DNA of 64,000 bases. Origin: Polymyxa betae A26-41. Its lineage: Eukaryota > Protista > Endomyxa: Phytomyxea. The position numbers and the translations under genes were made by a program. Shown here in pieces: positions 50,912 to 64,000 of this stretch; positions within the stretch are counted from its first letter, which is position 1; each line of letters starts with the position of its first letter. The notes beneath the pieces were generated by a model. The model was given only the letters and a program-made list of their open reading frames with translations, had not been told where the DNA came from and ran no database searches. The stretch lies in NCBI GenBank assembly GCA_003693705.1, contig RBZT01000684.1, positions 115,485 through 179,484 of the forward strand, written 5' to 3'.

Positions 50912-53140
50912 TTATTTTACAGAGACGATGACGGGAGCTTCAAGGTCGAAGTGCACTTTCAGCCTATCATCATCCTTACTGTTGGATGGGAAACCGTCAC
51001 TGAACGGAAATCGGTCTTTCGAACGTTCCTCAGGTCGAGCACCCATCGGCGATCGCGGTGGCATTGGTCCGTTCGGCGGCGCCAGGTACGAACCCTGTGA
51101 TGCCATCTGCGACGATGGCGAGGCCTGAGACGCTTGTGACATTGGCGAAACTGGAGGCGATACCGGCGATGGTGGCAATCGTATTCCTTGCTGAGCCATG
51201 GCCATCTGTTGAGCTGGAGTCGGTGTAATCGGCTCAGAGCGCTGTCCAGTTCCGGTAAAACACTGTGCTCTCGGCATCAGCTCGGGAAGCAACGCGACGT
51301 CGTCATCTGGAATCGAATATTGCAGTTTGTACGAGACTCCGGCATTCAGAGGAATTTCCTACAACAGATTCAGCGAATCTCACTTGCTGCTAAAACTTAT
51401 AACTAACGGTTGGCATCTTGGTGACGTGTTTCTCGCGAATCACACTTGTATTGATGTTGACGTTCGTGTACGTGGCATTGCCAATGACGGTTGCAGCTGG
51501 TTGAGCGGGGGCCGGCACGATTGTAATGTTGTCGTCGTTGAAGATGACGGTCGGGATGGGTGTGACGACTTTCAAGAACGTCTCCATGTTGTTGGCGGCG
51601 GTATCCTCTTCATTAGGTCCCAGAGATTTATCATAGATACAGTTCTCGACGAACCCTCCGAACACCTTATCGTCTTCCATTCGCTGTTTCGGCTGTCCAC
51701 ACAGACAAGCATTGATCACCTGTAGAGAGTTGGCATACTGTAGTCGGCGACTATGTATCCATTACCTGTTTCATGACTTCTTCGCTCTCAAAGACAGGGT
51801 GTCCAGGAATCTTTGATTTATCGGCTTCTTTAACTGGAGGTGGAGCAATGGAAGCGTTGGTGGGCGCTGATGTAGGTACAGGAGTAGTGACATTAGCAGA
51901 TGGTGAAGTTGCATTCATGCTGGGACTTGGAGTTGGGACTGTCGTTGGCGCTGTCGTCGCATTTGTTGGCGCTGAAGTTGCAGATGATGGGGCTGGCGTC
52001 GTCGCTGTCGTTGTTGGTGCTGGAGTTGCTGCTGTTGTGGAAGCTGGAGTTGCCCCAGATGTGGTAGGAGCTGGAGTTACAGCTGCTGTGGTCGGCGCTG
52101 GAGTTGTCGGTGCTGGGGTGATAGGCGCCGTTGTTGGAACTCTGTCATTGGGGTTTAGCTCGAGATGTGACAGTTTCGTGCCTGTTCTTACGAAGTCTGG
52201 TTTACAGGAGCAGACGTTGGCTGAGTTGTAGGCGCCCTATTTAATTTCACTAACAAGCAGCAAGGCATAACGGTCATCTTACGTCGTGGCGTTGGTTGGT
52301 TGCGGCGTCGGCTTGGGAGTTGGAGCCGTTGTAGGCCTAGTAATATGTTTAGATGGGAAGACAACGAAATTGCTAACTGGTACTTGGGTTTGCAGTTGCC
52401 CGAAAATTGGTGGACTTCTGAACAAGCGTGCTGAACAGGTTTCGTGGGTTTTGTTTGTGGCTTGCCAGAGCAATCACCACAAAGACCACTACATTTCTTC
52501 GTCGTCGGTGCCCGAATTAACATCTGTTGAGGTTTACAGATGACGTGCACGACACCGTCGTTCGTCTTAAACACGATGTCGTTATTGGCGTCAAACGTGA
52601 TGCCAAACTTCTTGTCGACATTCTTGTCAAGGAAAGCCGGGCCGTTCGTCACTTGCATTTTTTCGCCTAAAGACGGTCAATCTCTAGAAACAAAACCTTC
52701 AACAGCAAATATCGAACCGTTAATGATGATATTATTAGGCTCTTTAATCGACCGAGTTTTCATGACAAAATTGCAATCATCTTTGACAAACTTAATGCTA
52801 CAGTAATCAACATAGGCGACTGGTTTGTCTTTCTGCAAAAACTCCAATTAACAGAAGCCCATCTCCTATAAACTTGATACTTACTGCCATAGTTTGAAAC
52901 ACTTGAACTTCGAGATCTTCCGATTTGAAAGCAGTAAACAATCCTTCCGCCTGATAATCGAATCTTGTTTGTTTATCACACATACTGTAAACAACGTTGT
53001 CAAAATAGAAGTACAGAATTGGGCTCTAAACCAGCTTACATCCAATGTGGGTCTCCAGATGCGGTACATTGACAATCGGCCGATATCAACATCGGCAATA
53101 CGATAGCGGCTGTCAACGCCAACATGGAAATCTTCAACAT
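50912..53140 (-). CDS. Secreted vWF type D-domain protein with P/T linker and C8-like domain
   Basis: Signal peptide; CTASGDPHW...RFDYQAEG, CSGLCGDC, TPAPTT repeats, FVENCIYD; exons splice in frame. Confidence 0.75.
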
Positions 53141-53349
53141 GACGATATGAAATAGAAATTATATAACGGCTTCGTAGGAATATAAAATTTTCAGGAATGA
53201 TTTCGTTATCGTGAATATCATGATGTCAGCTGACAACATTCGTGATTCAATACCATCAAAAACCATGATTCAACCACAGACTTTTATCGTTTACATTTCG
53301 ACTAATCTCAAGAATAATTCGATTGCAGTTAACAAGGAGGACGTGACAT

Positions 53350-54033
53350 TTAGTTATTTTGATTGGTCTTAGCCTTGCCGTCTTCCCTTCGTCGAAAGAT
53401 TGATTGGAGCAGATCCGAAAGCGAACCGGAACTACCTCGTTGTGGTTCGACTTCAATATCGAACGAGACACAACAAACTAGGAGAACAAAGTTGTTAAAT
53501 AACCTACAAAATACAACTTTTTGCTTACGTTCAAGGCTGTCCTGGTCCCAGATCTGAATTCGAAGATTCAATTTGCCAAAAACTGGCAGTTGAGGCATTT
53601 TGAAATGATATAACATTTGAACATTGTCATTGGGCTCTTTTGGACAAGTTAGTGATGGATCCAGTTTGCAGAGATCACCCTTCTGATGTACGATCAGATA
53701 TCGCCCATAACGGATCTAAGACCAGCTAAGACCCGACGTCATTGCAAATACTGTATAATGATCAATACCTCCAGGTCGTATCTGCTGCCTTGATCGAGAT
53801 GTTTTCTTAGATCGATCGTAAAGTTGGCGCTTCCATCATTGCCGTCCTTAACTGGCCATGGATTGATATCGATCTGAACCATATAAATGAGAGCAAAGCG
53901 AATCGATAGGAATTACAGTTTTGATGTCCAATCTGGTCCTGTCATCAGATGGATGTTTAGCACAAGATTTGAAGGGGACTTGATGGGAGCTTGTAGCTGA
54001 TATGAGCAATACGAGAGATAATATTCGTAGCAT
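53350..54033 (-). CDS. Secreted ML-domain protein, paralogue 2
   Basis: Signal peptide, FKSC, IDINPWPV, GDLCKLDPSLTCP, CCVSF; same intron positions as paralogue 1. Confidence 0.85.
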
Positions 54034-55521
54034 TGTGATAGCGTCAGTGGTAAATACTGGCTCGGAGGTACCTGATAAACAGTTGGCTGCTTTATGGTGA
54101 AATTTGCATCTGGAAAGAAACTGGACGGCGTAAGGATTCCGTTCGTACAGCAGAACACAGGTTGTGAGGACGGAAAGACCCGCCACAATACAGACATTGG
54201 TTCTGCTAGCTGATTTTTCAGTGTATTGCTGTACTCAGTTTTTACCAGAAGCGCAGACTGTAATTAGGCCGAATACCACTGCTAAAAATGATGCAAATAC
54301 TTACAAATGGATGTTAGAGCAAAAGTCAGCGGTCGCATTGACAGCCCGAACGTTCTGCCGCCGTATATCGGTGGTGGAAGCTCTTCACGACTTGTGAATT
54401 CAGCTCGTTCAGCTCGCTGTTCGTTATAGTGAGATGCAAGTTTATCATTCATGGATAGGGGACACCAGGACTTATCCTGCGATCAAGGTTTCCTTTAGGA
54501 CGATGGGCCAACCGCGAACGAACTTCAAAATGATGGAATACTGACAGCTTTGAGCTCAAAATAGGAGCACCTAAAGTCATGAGCATCTGAATAACTGAAG
54601 CCATACCCAGCTGCCTAGAATATTATGCTGCTTATTGAATACCTTTAACAAATTTAGTCGAATTGAATTCAATACTACTTCCGGTTCCAATCTTTACCGC
54701 CAGGCGCCTGCAAAGAGTTTTTGCAGATGGCTGTGCTGCAAGCAATTCTGATCCCAGTTGAGCAAAAGCGATACATAATCATACTTCTCTATGATCCTTG
54801 AGTGTTATGAAAGGGAGCGGTTCCAAGCTTGATCATGACGTTGAGTGGCTTTGGGACCATACAGGAATGGATTAAAATCAATTTGCTCTAAAAACTGGAT
54901 AATTGGTACTCTATAGCCGAGAAATTTAACAGAGATGTTTGAAGTACAGAGCAACATGGTAACTTCAGTGATCTGCCACCCAAGGAATTGAGATAAGTCT
55001 GAACAGAGAATAAGCAATTCTTGAATTTCGCCATCCATTGTTGAAGGAGCTGATTGCAGCTCAGCCGGAAACTCTATCGTTTTGATAAAAACACAAAGAT
55101 CGAGTTACTGTAAGTAGTTTAGAAACTGCAAAAGCACAACTTCATGGGAAAAAAAATCAGAATGCAAGATTCTCAAATTTAGGATACTCTGGTCGCATTT
55201 CAGGGTTGAGGGCTTATTAGGTCTTGCCTTGATGTATACATTATGGATCGATAGTATTTTGATGGCCAATATACTAAATCAAGGTTAACAACAAGAAAAG
55301 CAATGGCACTGTTTCAGGCGAGTTATTTACCTTAACGATCAATCGTGATCTACTGCAGCACAAAAACCAATAGGAGATTTTGAGTGCTTGGCCAGGCACA
55401 AAGTTGTAAACACTATGGAAATTTGAATTTTTAAGTTTCAAGCACATCTTAACATTACATGCAAGTTTTCAAAAGCACAAGGTGGACATGAAAGGGAAGG
55501 TTATGTACTGGGTAATATAGT

Positions 55522-58500
55522 TTAGATATTAAATTCGATTACGTTTTCGGTCAGAGACAATAGAGTAAAGAAATCATTGGCGTTGCAGTCCTCATTATTT
55601 TCTGACAGCGACTCTGTTATGGGGCAATCCTCGACGATTCTGTCAGCCATCAGAACTAAGCAATATGCATCAAGCGCAGCATAGAGAATCTATTCGAGGA
55701 TTAGTTTTTATGCGTTGAGACTCAGAAGATTGCCTGGCACCTGTGATTTCCTTAAAGGCCGACGCTCCCAGTTTGAAACCTGCTCTGTTTTGTCAAGTTG
55801 AAGACCAAGAATGGACTCGCAAGCTTGCGAGAGACCTAAAACAAGAACTCTGAATGAATTTTTCAAAAGCCGAAAGTTATATCATACTCAAGCCTTGCTT
55901 TTTTGATTCGGAGGGAATGATCTTCATCATCACCTTCTGCAGATCCAGCACCGAATGAATTTTGGTGAGGCTTGGGTCCATGAGTGTTTTGACGAGCATT
56001 TGCACTATAAAAGTTGATGTGACTTTCAAAGGGCTTCAGCTAAGGAAGCACACTTACAATCGCTCCCGACTCCAAATCCGATCTTGAGAATATCGGGATT
56101 TTCAAAAACTGATCGCAAGATCTTCAACCGGCGATTCCCAATGGGTAATGTTAAGTCCAGTAGAACACAACAATTTGGTGTTGCTAGCTAAACGACAAGC
56201 TTAAGGAAAGAAGAAATTGCAACAGAAAACCAACCTGGAGGAGAGCAACTTTATCAGATTCGGCCTGACTCCAAACGCAGAAGTGGGGCCTGCATTCCAA
56301 ATCGATGCTAATCAAAGACGAACTTAATAACAAGTATTCGAGCTCGCTATCACTGGGCTCAAAAACACACTCCACAGGCAACGTGAGGTAGTTCTGAGGT
56401 GTCTCCGCGAAGTCCTTCTGGTCAGAGAAGCAACTATTTAACAGTATGAGCCATGGCTTCAGTGATAGATAATACCATACACAACACATTCTTCAGGAAT
56501 AATAATATCAAGATCAAGAGCGAGATCATCCTCAGAGATTCCAAACATAGAACAAAGAGCATCAGCATCGGACCGATGACCAGATTTAAGTGCAGCTATT
56601 GCTATCTCCAATTGAAGATCAAAATTATCGCCACAAATAAGCTCAGCAAATTCGATAAGAAGACCTAATCAAGTTATAAAAACAAATAAAAAGAATTTTA
56701 GGAACTAACCTTGATGCATAATGGCCTCTAGTTCGGGAAGCTTAGCTGCAATTTCGATTTGCGGATACCCATGAACGTCCATTGAGCAATCAAAGACAAT
56801 CCGGAGGGCTTGTTTAGCATCTTGAGAGAAAGCAGCCATGACTAACTGATGCAGGAGAACTGGATTGCCTTGTGCAAGCTCAGCTGCCCACTTATAATGT
56901 TTGGTTCTGATTAAAGGGTCGAACAGCTCTTCGAATGGCAGCAATGACTGAAGCGAAAGCTCCTTAACGAAGACGTAGACGTCATCAAGGCGGCCAACAT
57001 TTGTAAGGAGTTCTCGAGTCTTTGCAATCAGATTTTCTTCGGACAGAGGTAGTTCCAAAAGATTAATAAGATTGGCCCAAATTTTAGGTGGCAGCCCTGA
57101 CCTGGTTGACAGTTAATTAATGGTGATGACAAAACATTGCAACTGCCAACCCAAATGCCATGAGTTTCTGACGTAGATGACTCCCATCTTCCTCTGGAAA
57201 ATTGGTATAATTCTGTTCACAAAGCTGCAACAAGATAGTAGCTAAAGGATTTAGAAGCCAGAAAAGTGCACGCTCGTGGCTGGGAGAGTGCCTTTGTGTG
57301 GATCTCATGAACCAGAATTCCACCAATTTCTGTTACAAGTCAGGACCAAGGAAGATAGGCGGACAGTCGAGCGTACTAGAGCAAATCTCAGTGGATTAGA
57401 AACCTTCTCTACTGAAACAGACAAGTTGGAATTGATCCAATCATGAGCGCCGTTGAAAGAGAGCTTGAACAAAGCATCAAATGTACCCATGCCCTCTTCA
57501 GCAGACAGTTTGACATTGAAATCGTTAATGAGCATCTCTCTAAAAAAAATTCAAAAAGCACACACACGAGGTGCCATTGAAAAACCTTTCTTGGCGTTTC
57601 TTTTCATTAGCATTGCGCTTAGCTCGTCGAGTATTTTGACGGCTTTCGACATAATTGAACCCTCCTAAGGAATCAGGTCGCGAAAGAAACCTGGATGGGT
57701 TTGCAGACTGTAGATTTGGCGATTGAATCTGAGAAATGGTTGGCGACGGCGAGGAATCTTCTTGATGCGGCTGATTGGTCTTGGGTTCTGGATTTCGAGT
57801 ACTCGCCGGCAAGGCATCATCTTGCACTGATTCATTACCCAGTGGTGAGGATTCCTGAATACGCTTCAATCCCTAATCAAAAGGACTGTTAACGTTTTGC
57901 TGACGCTCTTGCAGAATCGAGGATACCGATACAGAACTGGTTCCTATATTATGGCCACGTACAGCGATAGTTGCTGTGCGACCAGGATTCAGAGCATCAC
58001 GGGTCTAGAAGCAAAATTAGTCATCACCTAAGCAAGGGATACACCGTCGACCTTATCAGAATCAGGCTGTCGGCTTTCCAGAGTAAAAGAGGAAGTCGCT
58101 GGTCTTGAAACCTGATGTCATAATTTGACTAAGCGAAAACGAAGCTGTATTTTTGCTAGTACAAATCGTTTCTGGGCTGCAGGGTGAACGGAAGGAAGTG
58201 ATATCGGCTTTATCAACTGACGAGAATCAAAACGTCTGTATGTGCATTTCATTTTTGGTTTCGATTTATTGGAGTCATTGGGAATAGACTCAGTCTCCTA
58301 AAGGGCAATCAGAACAATATTGTTTTTTTAGGAAACACTACCGTTAACGGATCAGAAGAATCGGATGGACTACCGAGCTGACTGTCGTTTTTTATCTCAT
58401 CCACTGAAACATCTGGGGTCTGTCAACTATCAGCTAAGGTGTTAAAGCCCACAACCCGATTTACCTCTAGCTCAGTATTGGTATCAACGTGGCTTGGAGA

Positions 58501-59416
58501 GGAAGAGGCAGAAGGAAATAATACATGGCTGACATCGCGACGATCCTCGATGTCTGTTGTTGTTTCGTGGTTAAATTCCTAGAAACAATCACGTACATTG
58601 CAGAAATGATATGCCACTATACAGGCTGTTTGCTTTTTGCTGCAGAACTTATCCACAATGTCTGCTTGTCTTCAGTGAAATCATCGGGGTTTTCGGTCTG
58701 TGGAAATGTCAGATCATGGTCTAAATCCGCTACGTTAGATGAGACACTTAGAGTTTGTGGCTGCAACACAGGATGAATGTTAGAAAACCCATTTTCCTTG
58801 AGTAACTTCACCACTAATAGAACGGTATTTAAGATATAGCTTACCATTTTCAGTTTCGAGAGACGCTGCAAGCCAGAGCGCATACCCAAACGAGGCACTA
58901 GAGTTCCTAACGACGCTGGCTTGGATGCATTGATAGTAACCTCCGTCGCCGCCTAAAAATTGCTGAGTTTAACGTTCAGCCTTTCCAAAAAGTGATGACA
59001 GAAAAGCATCACAAAACAACAACCATTCAAGAAATAAATAGAGCACAGAGAAACTCACAGGAGCGAAATGTTGCATCGGCAAAACCCTCCTGGCATTTGG
59101 CTTTGCGATAGGTTGCTTTGTTTGCTACAAATTTGGAAGATTGAATAACGACATAGATTCTATAGAAGCCTGGCACCTCAGCTGAGGAAGAGCTTTGATA
59201 TCCCGAGTCTGATTCTGATCGACTGCTGAGAAAAGTCGTTTAAATTTTTCGATAAAGACGGGCGGCGAAAACCTACAGAGCTTCGCTACTCGCAACCGCT
59301 GTGGAAGCCGATTGCAGAAACAGCTGCTTATCAAACCTGACGATAGCAGTTAGAGAAGCTTTCGAACTCAAATGCCAGTAAACTCACCGTCTATACGACC
59401 CTGGAGCGCCATTCAT
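55522..59416 (-). CDS. DEDDy 3'-5' exonuclease, EXD3/MUT-7-like, with long low-complexity N-terminus (5' end uncertain)
   Basis: ExoI ISIDLE, KVALLQ-LAT, GLSQACESILG-LDKTEQVSNWERRPL, ExoIII YAALDAY. Confidence 0.75.
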
Positions 59417-59978
59417 GAACTCACCGGAGGTAAATGAGAGCAGTCATACGAAGGTAGTGGGAAGAATGGCCTAAAGGTGACCTCAAGCCACCAAGAGAGA
59501 TGCCGTTACACAATTTCCAAATATTAACGGATCTTCCTCTGTTAGTGTTGAACCAGTTGCCGATGATGACGAGGTTAATGGACCGGGCAGCTTCGACACA
59601 CGGAACCCCTAACGCGACGGGATCGGATCTAACAAAATTTGCGCGACTCGTCAGCAGATAACTATGATGGCTCAAGTCCGATCTTAATGGACTTGGCGGG
59701 AAATCGGTTCTCTTTGGGGCATTCGGGTTCGCTGCCAATGCGGCAATGTCTCTGCGCAGCGCTGATAAGCTGGATGCCATTTTTCAAGTCGTTTGTAGAA
59801 AACCTCGATACTGATTGCGGTTCAACATTTAATATTCGGTACAACGCTTTCTTCGGCTTTAAAAATCATTCCTTTGATTGTGGTCCTCAGCGCAGACAAG
59901 GCGTTGATACACGCCATGCTTCAAGGGCTCCATTTCCTTATATGCAGAGGTAAATTCTGGAAAAGCATATTCGTTTAG

Positions 59979-61510
59979 TTATTTAGCCATCATCAGCTCC
60001 AGCTTTAGCTGTCTAAAATTCTCGTCGAAAGGTTTCACCTGAAGCGATTTATCAATAGTTCGCCTAGCATCTTCGAGAAGGCCAAGGTTATTATAGCAAA
60101 CAGCAAGATGGTACGATGCCGTCAGCTTGTCCTGTGGATACCTAACCACCGATTGAATGCTGTGTAATTGAGCACCCATGTACGTACTCGGCTATAATTG
60201 CTCGCCAAACAACAGAGGCTTGTTCCCACAGCTTCATGTCCATTAATAAGCGACCAATAGCTAAACAATGCCGAACGCTTGAAAGAAACCTCCGCTCAAA
60301 GACATTCAGTACAGCTGTCTGTAGTCTGTTTTTGACATCGTCAGGAGCATCAGAATATTGTAGTCGGCCTTCTAAACGAATAAATACCTGAATTTGAATT
60401 CAGAAATTAAAGTTATAAAGACAGCGAAGAACAATGTACTTCTGGGTCAAATTGAGAATGCTCTAGCAGCCATAAAGCGGTTAAAATATTTATATCCACT
60501 TTGAAGTCCTGTAAATTTGGAATAGAACCATCGCCAACAATGTGATTAAAGGCCGAAACTGCATCAGGAGAATACTTTCCAAAGCATACCAAAGCCGAAT
60601 TAGGAGATAATTTGTTCGAAAAGATGCTGCCACCAAGAACAGTCATTGCGGATCTCAGCGATTTCCGTAGACATTCACCAGGAAGCTGCCTAAGTTAAAG
60701 GTTAACTATTAATCATTGAGTAAATATGGGTATCGCGACGTACAAAACGTTTGGGCAATCGTCGATCGCCATAAGCATAAAATTTCCACGAGTGATATGA
60801 AGAAGATTAAGAATCGCATCGAAGGCCCCAACTGGAACACAGAAATGTTCTCCTCCTTCTTCCTCAGCTTGCTCTAAGATCCGATTCAATGGCTTGTGTT
60901 CCCCCGTATAATACGGCGTCTTCGCCAGATCAACAGATGAGAAGCTCAGTTTGATTCTTGATCGCTTTATGATCTCTTCATCTTGTAAATCAGGTTCCCA
61001 TTGCCGACAGGAATCTACTTGAACTAGACCCTCAAACAGCTTTCCATCTCGCATTGAAAAAACATCGAACCTAAGGCGATCAAGCAGTAGCGACTCAGCA
61101 ATAACGGCGGTCGGTTCGGGCTTGAAACGGCGACCGGAAGAGAATCTACATTCTGTGTCATATTCCGGGTCGTAAACCGAAAATTCCAGGTTGTTGAAAT
61201 TCGAGAAATTTCGACGCTCGAAATACGACTGGCACCTCATTATGTAATCACGAGACGGATCGGCTAAGATAAAGACAAAAGACTCTAGCTTGGATGATAA
61301 AATGTCCACAAGAGTTCGGAATACCAGAAAAGCAAATTCACCATTCCTGCAATTCAGAATGAGAATATTGGGCACAATCGACGCCGGTTGACTATTCACA
61401 AAGCCTGCCACAACGTTGGCGCAATAAGCTGCCAGATCGGCGGCGTGCCGCGGCAGCTTTCTTGGGATCTGCCAGACCGAAGAATGGGACAAGCGGCGAG
61501 GTGCCATCAT
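59979..61510 (-). CDS. MidA-like methyltransferase-fold plus TPR protein (ends uncertain)
   Basis: RLSHSSVWQI, ILILNCRNGEFAF, FVFILAD, LDRLRFDVF...GKLFEGLV, PVGAF; C-terminal TPR (ASYHLAVCYNNLGLLEDARRTIDKSLQ). Confidence 0.55.
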
Positions 61511-61733
61511 CGTTGTGCTTTATCAAAACAGAGATCGCCTGTTTAGTGGCGCGGACCTCAATCTGCAACAGCCAGTTAGAATCTCGGTATTTGTTATGGC
61601 GATTTCGAGTCTACACGCCCTCAACCATGCTAATTGCACTCAAAATAGTGATTTGATTAATACTTTGTCGACTGTTCGTGTTTGATTTGTTTGATTGGTT
61701 GGGTGTTTATTGAATATTACAATTTCACAGGAC

Positions 61734-63252
61734 TGATCTTTTCAGTTGGATCGCAACGGCGACATCTTGGAGAGATTTCTGGTTCTGTCATGGCCAGTTT
61801 CAATAATCTCTAATTCCTGAAAATTATACGAATCACCTTTGAATATTGCACGACGGATAAGTTCCTCCTGCTGACGAATGATCTGCTTGAGATCCTTAAT
61901 AGTCGATGCTGGATCATCTACAAGATGATCATTGGAGGTAGCTTCTTCTGGCAGATCTTGTTTTAGCGGGTTATCCAGCTATTCGAAACAAAATCATTCC
62001 ATGATGGACTTCACAGAAAGTTTGCTAACCTTGGCAATAAGCCTTTCTACAATAGCTTGTAGATGCTCGCCAGAAAGCTCTATTGGAAGGTTTAATATCG
62101 TCTCATCAAGTGTACATCTCTCTGAGATGTCGTCCGAATTATTCGAGCGCATTCTGCTGATAACCGAATGAAACAACTCGCGCATGCGAGCGTTCTCATG
62201 ACTCTCAGCCTGCAACCTTTTATCCAGCCGCTGATTCGTTTCTTTCAACAGAATACATTCCTGCATTGCAAGTTATCAGCATCAATAAGTTATCAAATAG
62301 AAGTACCTGCTGCATGTTTTTGCTTTCAAGTTTTGCAGTAGGCAAAATTTGGAAAGACGATTTCATGGAAGGATTCTCAGAGCCGGGCTTACTAGAAGCC
62401 ATCACTGAACGTAATTTTTTCTGGATCTTCTCGCATTCCAGTTCTCGCTTTCGGATCTCATTCTGAATATAATTTAGCTACATTGAAATGAACGCCAAAT
62501 TCGTACATTATACTGCTTATCCTTGAATCGTATCGCATTGTATCTTTTCTCTAATGCCGCATAGTTCAACTTAGCTTTCTTTTCAGCAAGCTTCTGCTCT
62601 TTTTCTGAATCGCCAAGTCTTTCTTTTAATATATGTAACTATCCAGATACATCAGACAACAAGGCAAAAACTCTATTCGGCATTTACCGTCTGCTGCAGA
62701 TGCTCTATCTCTACGTTTAATGACATCTCGGTGTCCTTATGCGAGATGAGTGCAGCCTAACCACTTTAATGACGAACACGTTCTAAAACACAGTCGTTTA
62801 CTTTAAGCGAGGTGTTTTCATGCATACATTCTTGAACCAATTGATTCAGATGCGATATTCGTTTGATAAGCATGGAGGTCACTTTCCTCACAGGGTGATC
62901 GGCAACGTCTGGAAAATCGCATTCGTCCACGTCTGAATATGTCAGCCCTAGACTTTTCAAGGATTCGATGATGGACAGCGATCCATCGTAGTTAACAGGA
63001 TCGTGATTGAACTCGAACTTTCTAAGCAACAAAATCGTATACTGGACAGAAAATCACTGGACGCTAACCATACAGCGGCTTCTTCACTTTGGTCGGCGAT
63101 CTTCTCAAAGTTCGCATTGCTGGCGTCCGATTCTCTTTCTGATGACGCTGCCTGACCCGAGCAGCAGCAGACACAGCTGGCGGCGAAACAACGAATGCCA
63201 TCGGTCGCGGTCGCGATGGTGCATCCTTATTGCTGTCTAACTGACCATCCAT
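61734..63252 (-). CDS. Multi-exon coiled-coil protein of unknown function
   Basis: Series of minus-strand ORFs with E/K/Q/L heptads separated by short GT-AG introns; KEN-like motif (KENR) near the N-terminus. Confidence 0.55.
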
Positions 63253-64000
63253 AGCTGATAGCCGTTAGTATAAATACAATTTTGAACTTGGGACCATTCA
63301 GCGCGCTTAACAGGACAGTACACAAAATTCTGCGTCAAACACTTGAATGAAAACGCATACGCCCATACGGTACTTAAATTAAAGAAGCATTTTTTCCAAG
63401 TTATCAAAATGATAATTTGTTTTTAATTTTAATTACAGTATATGTACTTTTAAAAAAGTGGTAGCATACCAGTATGTGCATGATAGTATGATACCGAAAT
63501 CTTGGAAGGTCGAAATTTATCCCCTTCTGGCATAGGTACAGAAGATCACAGAGTCTGTTGCTTTACAGAAATTACCCCGAAGTATCCTATCCATAAGTGG
63601 TTTTCTCATCTAAACAGATTGCTGGGGTCGATTTGAGATCACAACTGTAGACTCGCCTTCGAAGCCATCCGTTTCAATGGAGAAGCTGATAGGTTGCCAG
63701 AATTAAACGAGTTTATATGAAATGAATAGTCCTATCGAGCAGAATGCGATCTTTCCACAACAGCTTTCAGCGCTCTGGATAGAGTTTTCTACAGTTTCTG
63801 ACAATGGGCAGGGAATTGTTAGCATGATTTTGTTGAAAAATATTAATTACATGAACACATTCCTTTCGAATCTTTCACAATTTCTTTTTACTTAATTTGA
63901 ATCTGATTACGAACGCTCGAAGTAATGATTACCACACGATCATCAATAAGGGGTATTATCGGCGAATGTAGTTTGGCGTAGTTGATAACACAATCTAACA

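Overview
Gene-dense eukaryotic genomic DNA (roughly mid-40s % GC by eye) with many short (~45-60 nt) GT-AG introns and one 100-N assembly gap. The intron size, compactness and TTT(T)AGGG-like motifs suggest a protist, possibly a plasmodiophorid such as Spongospora or Plasmodiophora; this is inference only. About 30 protein-coding genes can be reconstructed by hand-splicing. Housekeeping genes include CCT6, seipin, NAXE, ADH5, Rab8, FCP1, SNIP1, a mitochondrial carrier, a tRNA isopentenyltransferase, an Arc1p-like protein, HTATIP2, Arp10, RPL12, CFIm25, RPL36, SSRP1 and an EXD3-like exonuclease. Secreted or surface candidates include a His-rich peptide, a GPI-like mucin, two ML-domain paralogues and a vWD protein. 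Most notable observations: (1) an in-frame spliced fusion of a CBM20 starch/glycogen-binding domain to a kinesin-14 motor; (2) an inverted duplication (~1.1-2.0 kb vs ~17.7-19.9 kb) with reciprocal pseudogenisation of two genes, bracketing a ~15-kb block; (3) seven same-strand copies of CGTACTGG in 1.1 kb across a head-to-head tRNA-metabolism gene pair with a sharp GC mosaic; (4) telomere-like repeats inside introns and promoters; (5) a doubly frameshifted ProX deacylase. No rRNA, tRNA or CRISPR features were recognised. Coordinates of spliced genes were read manually and may be off by a few bases.
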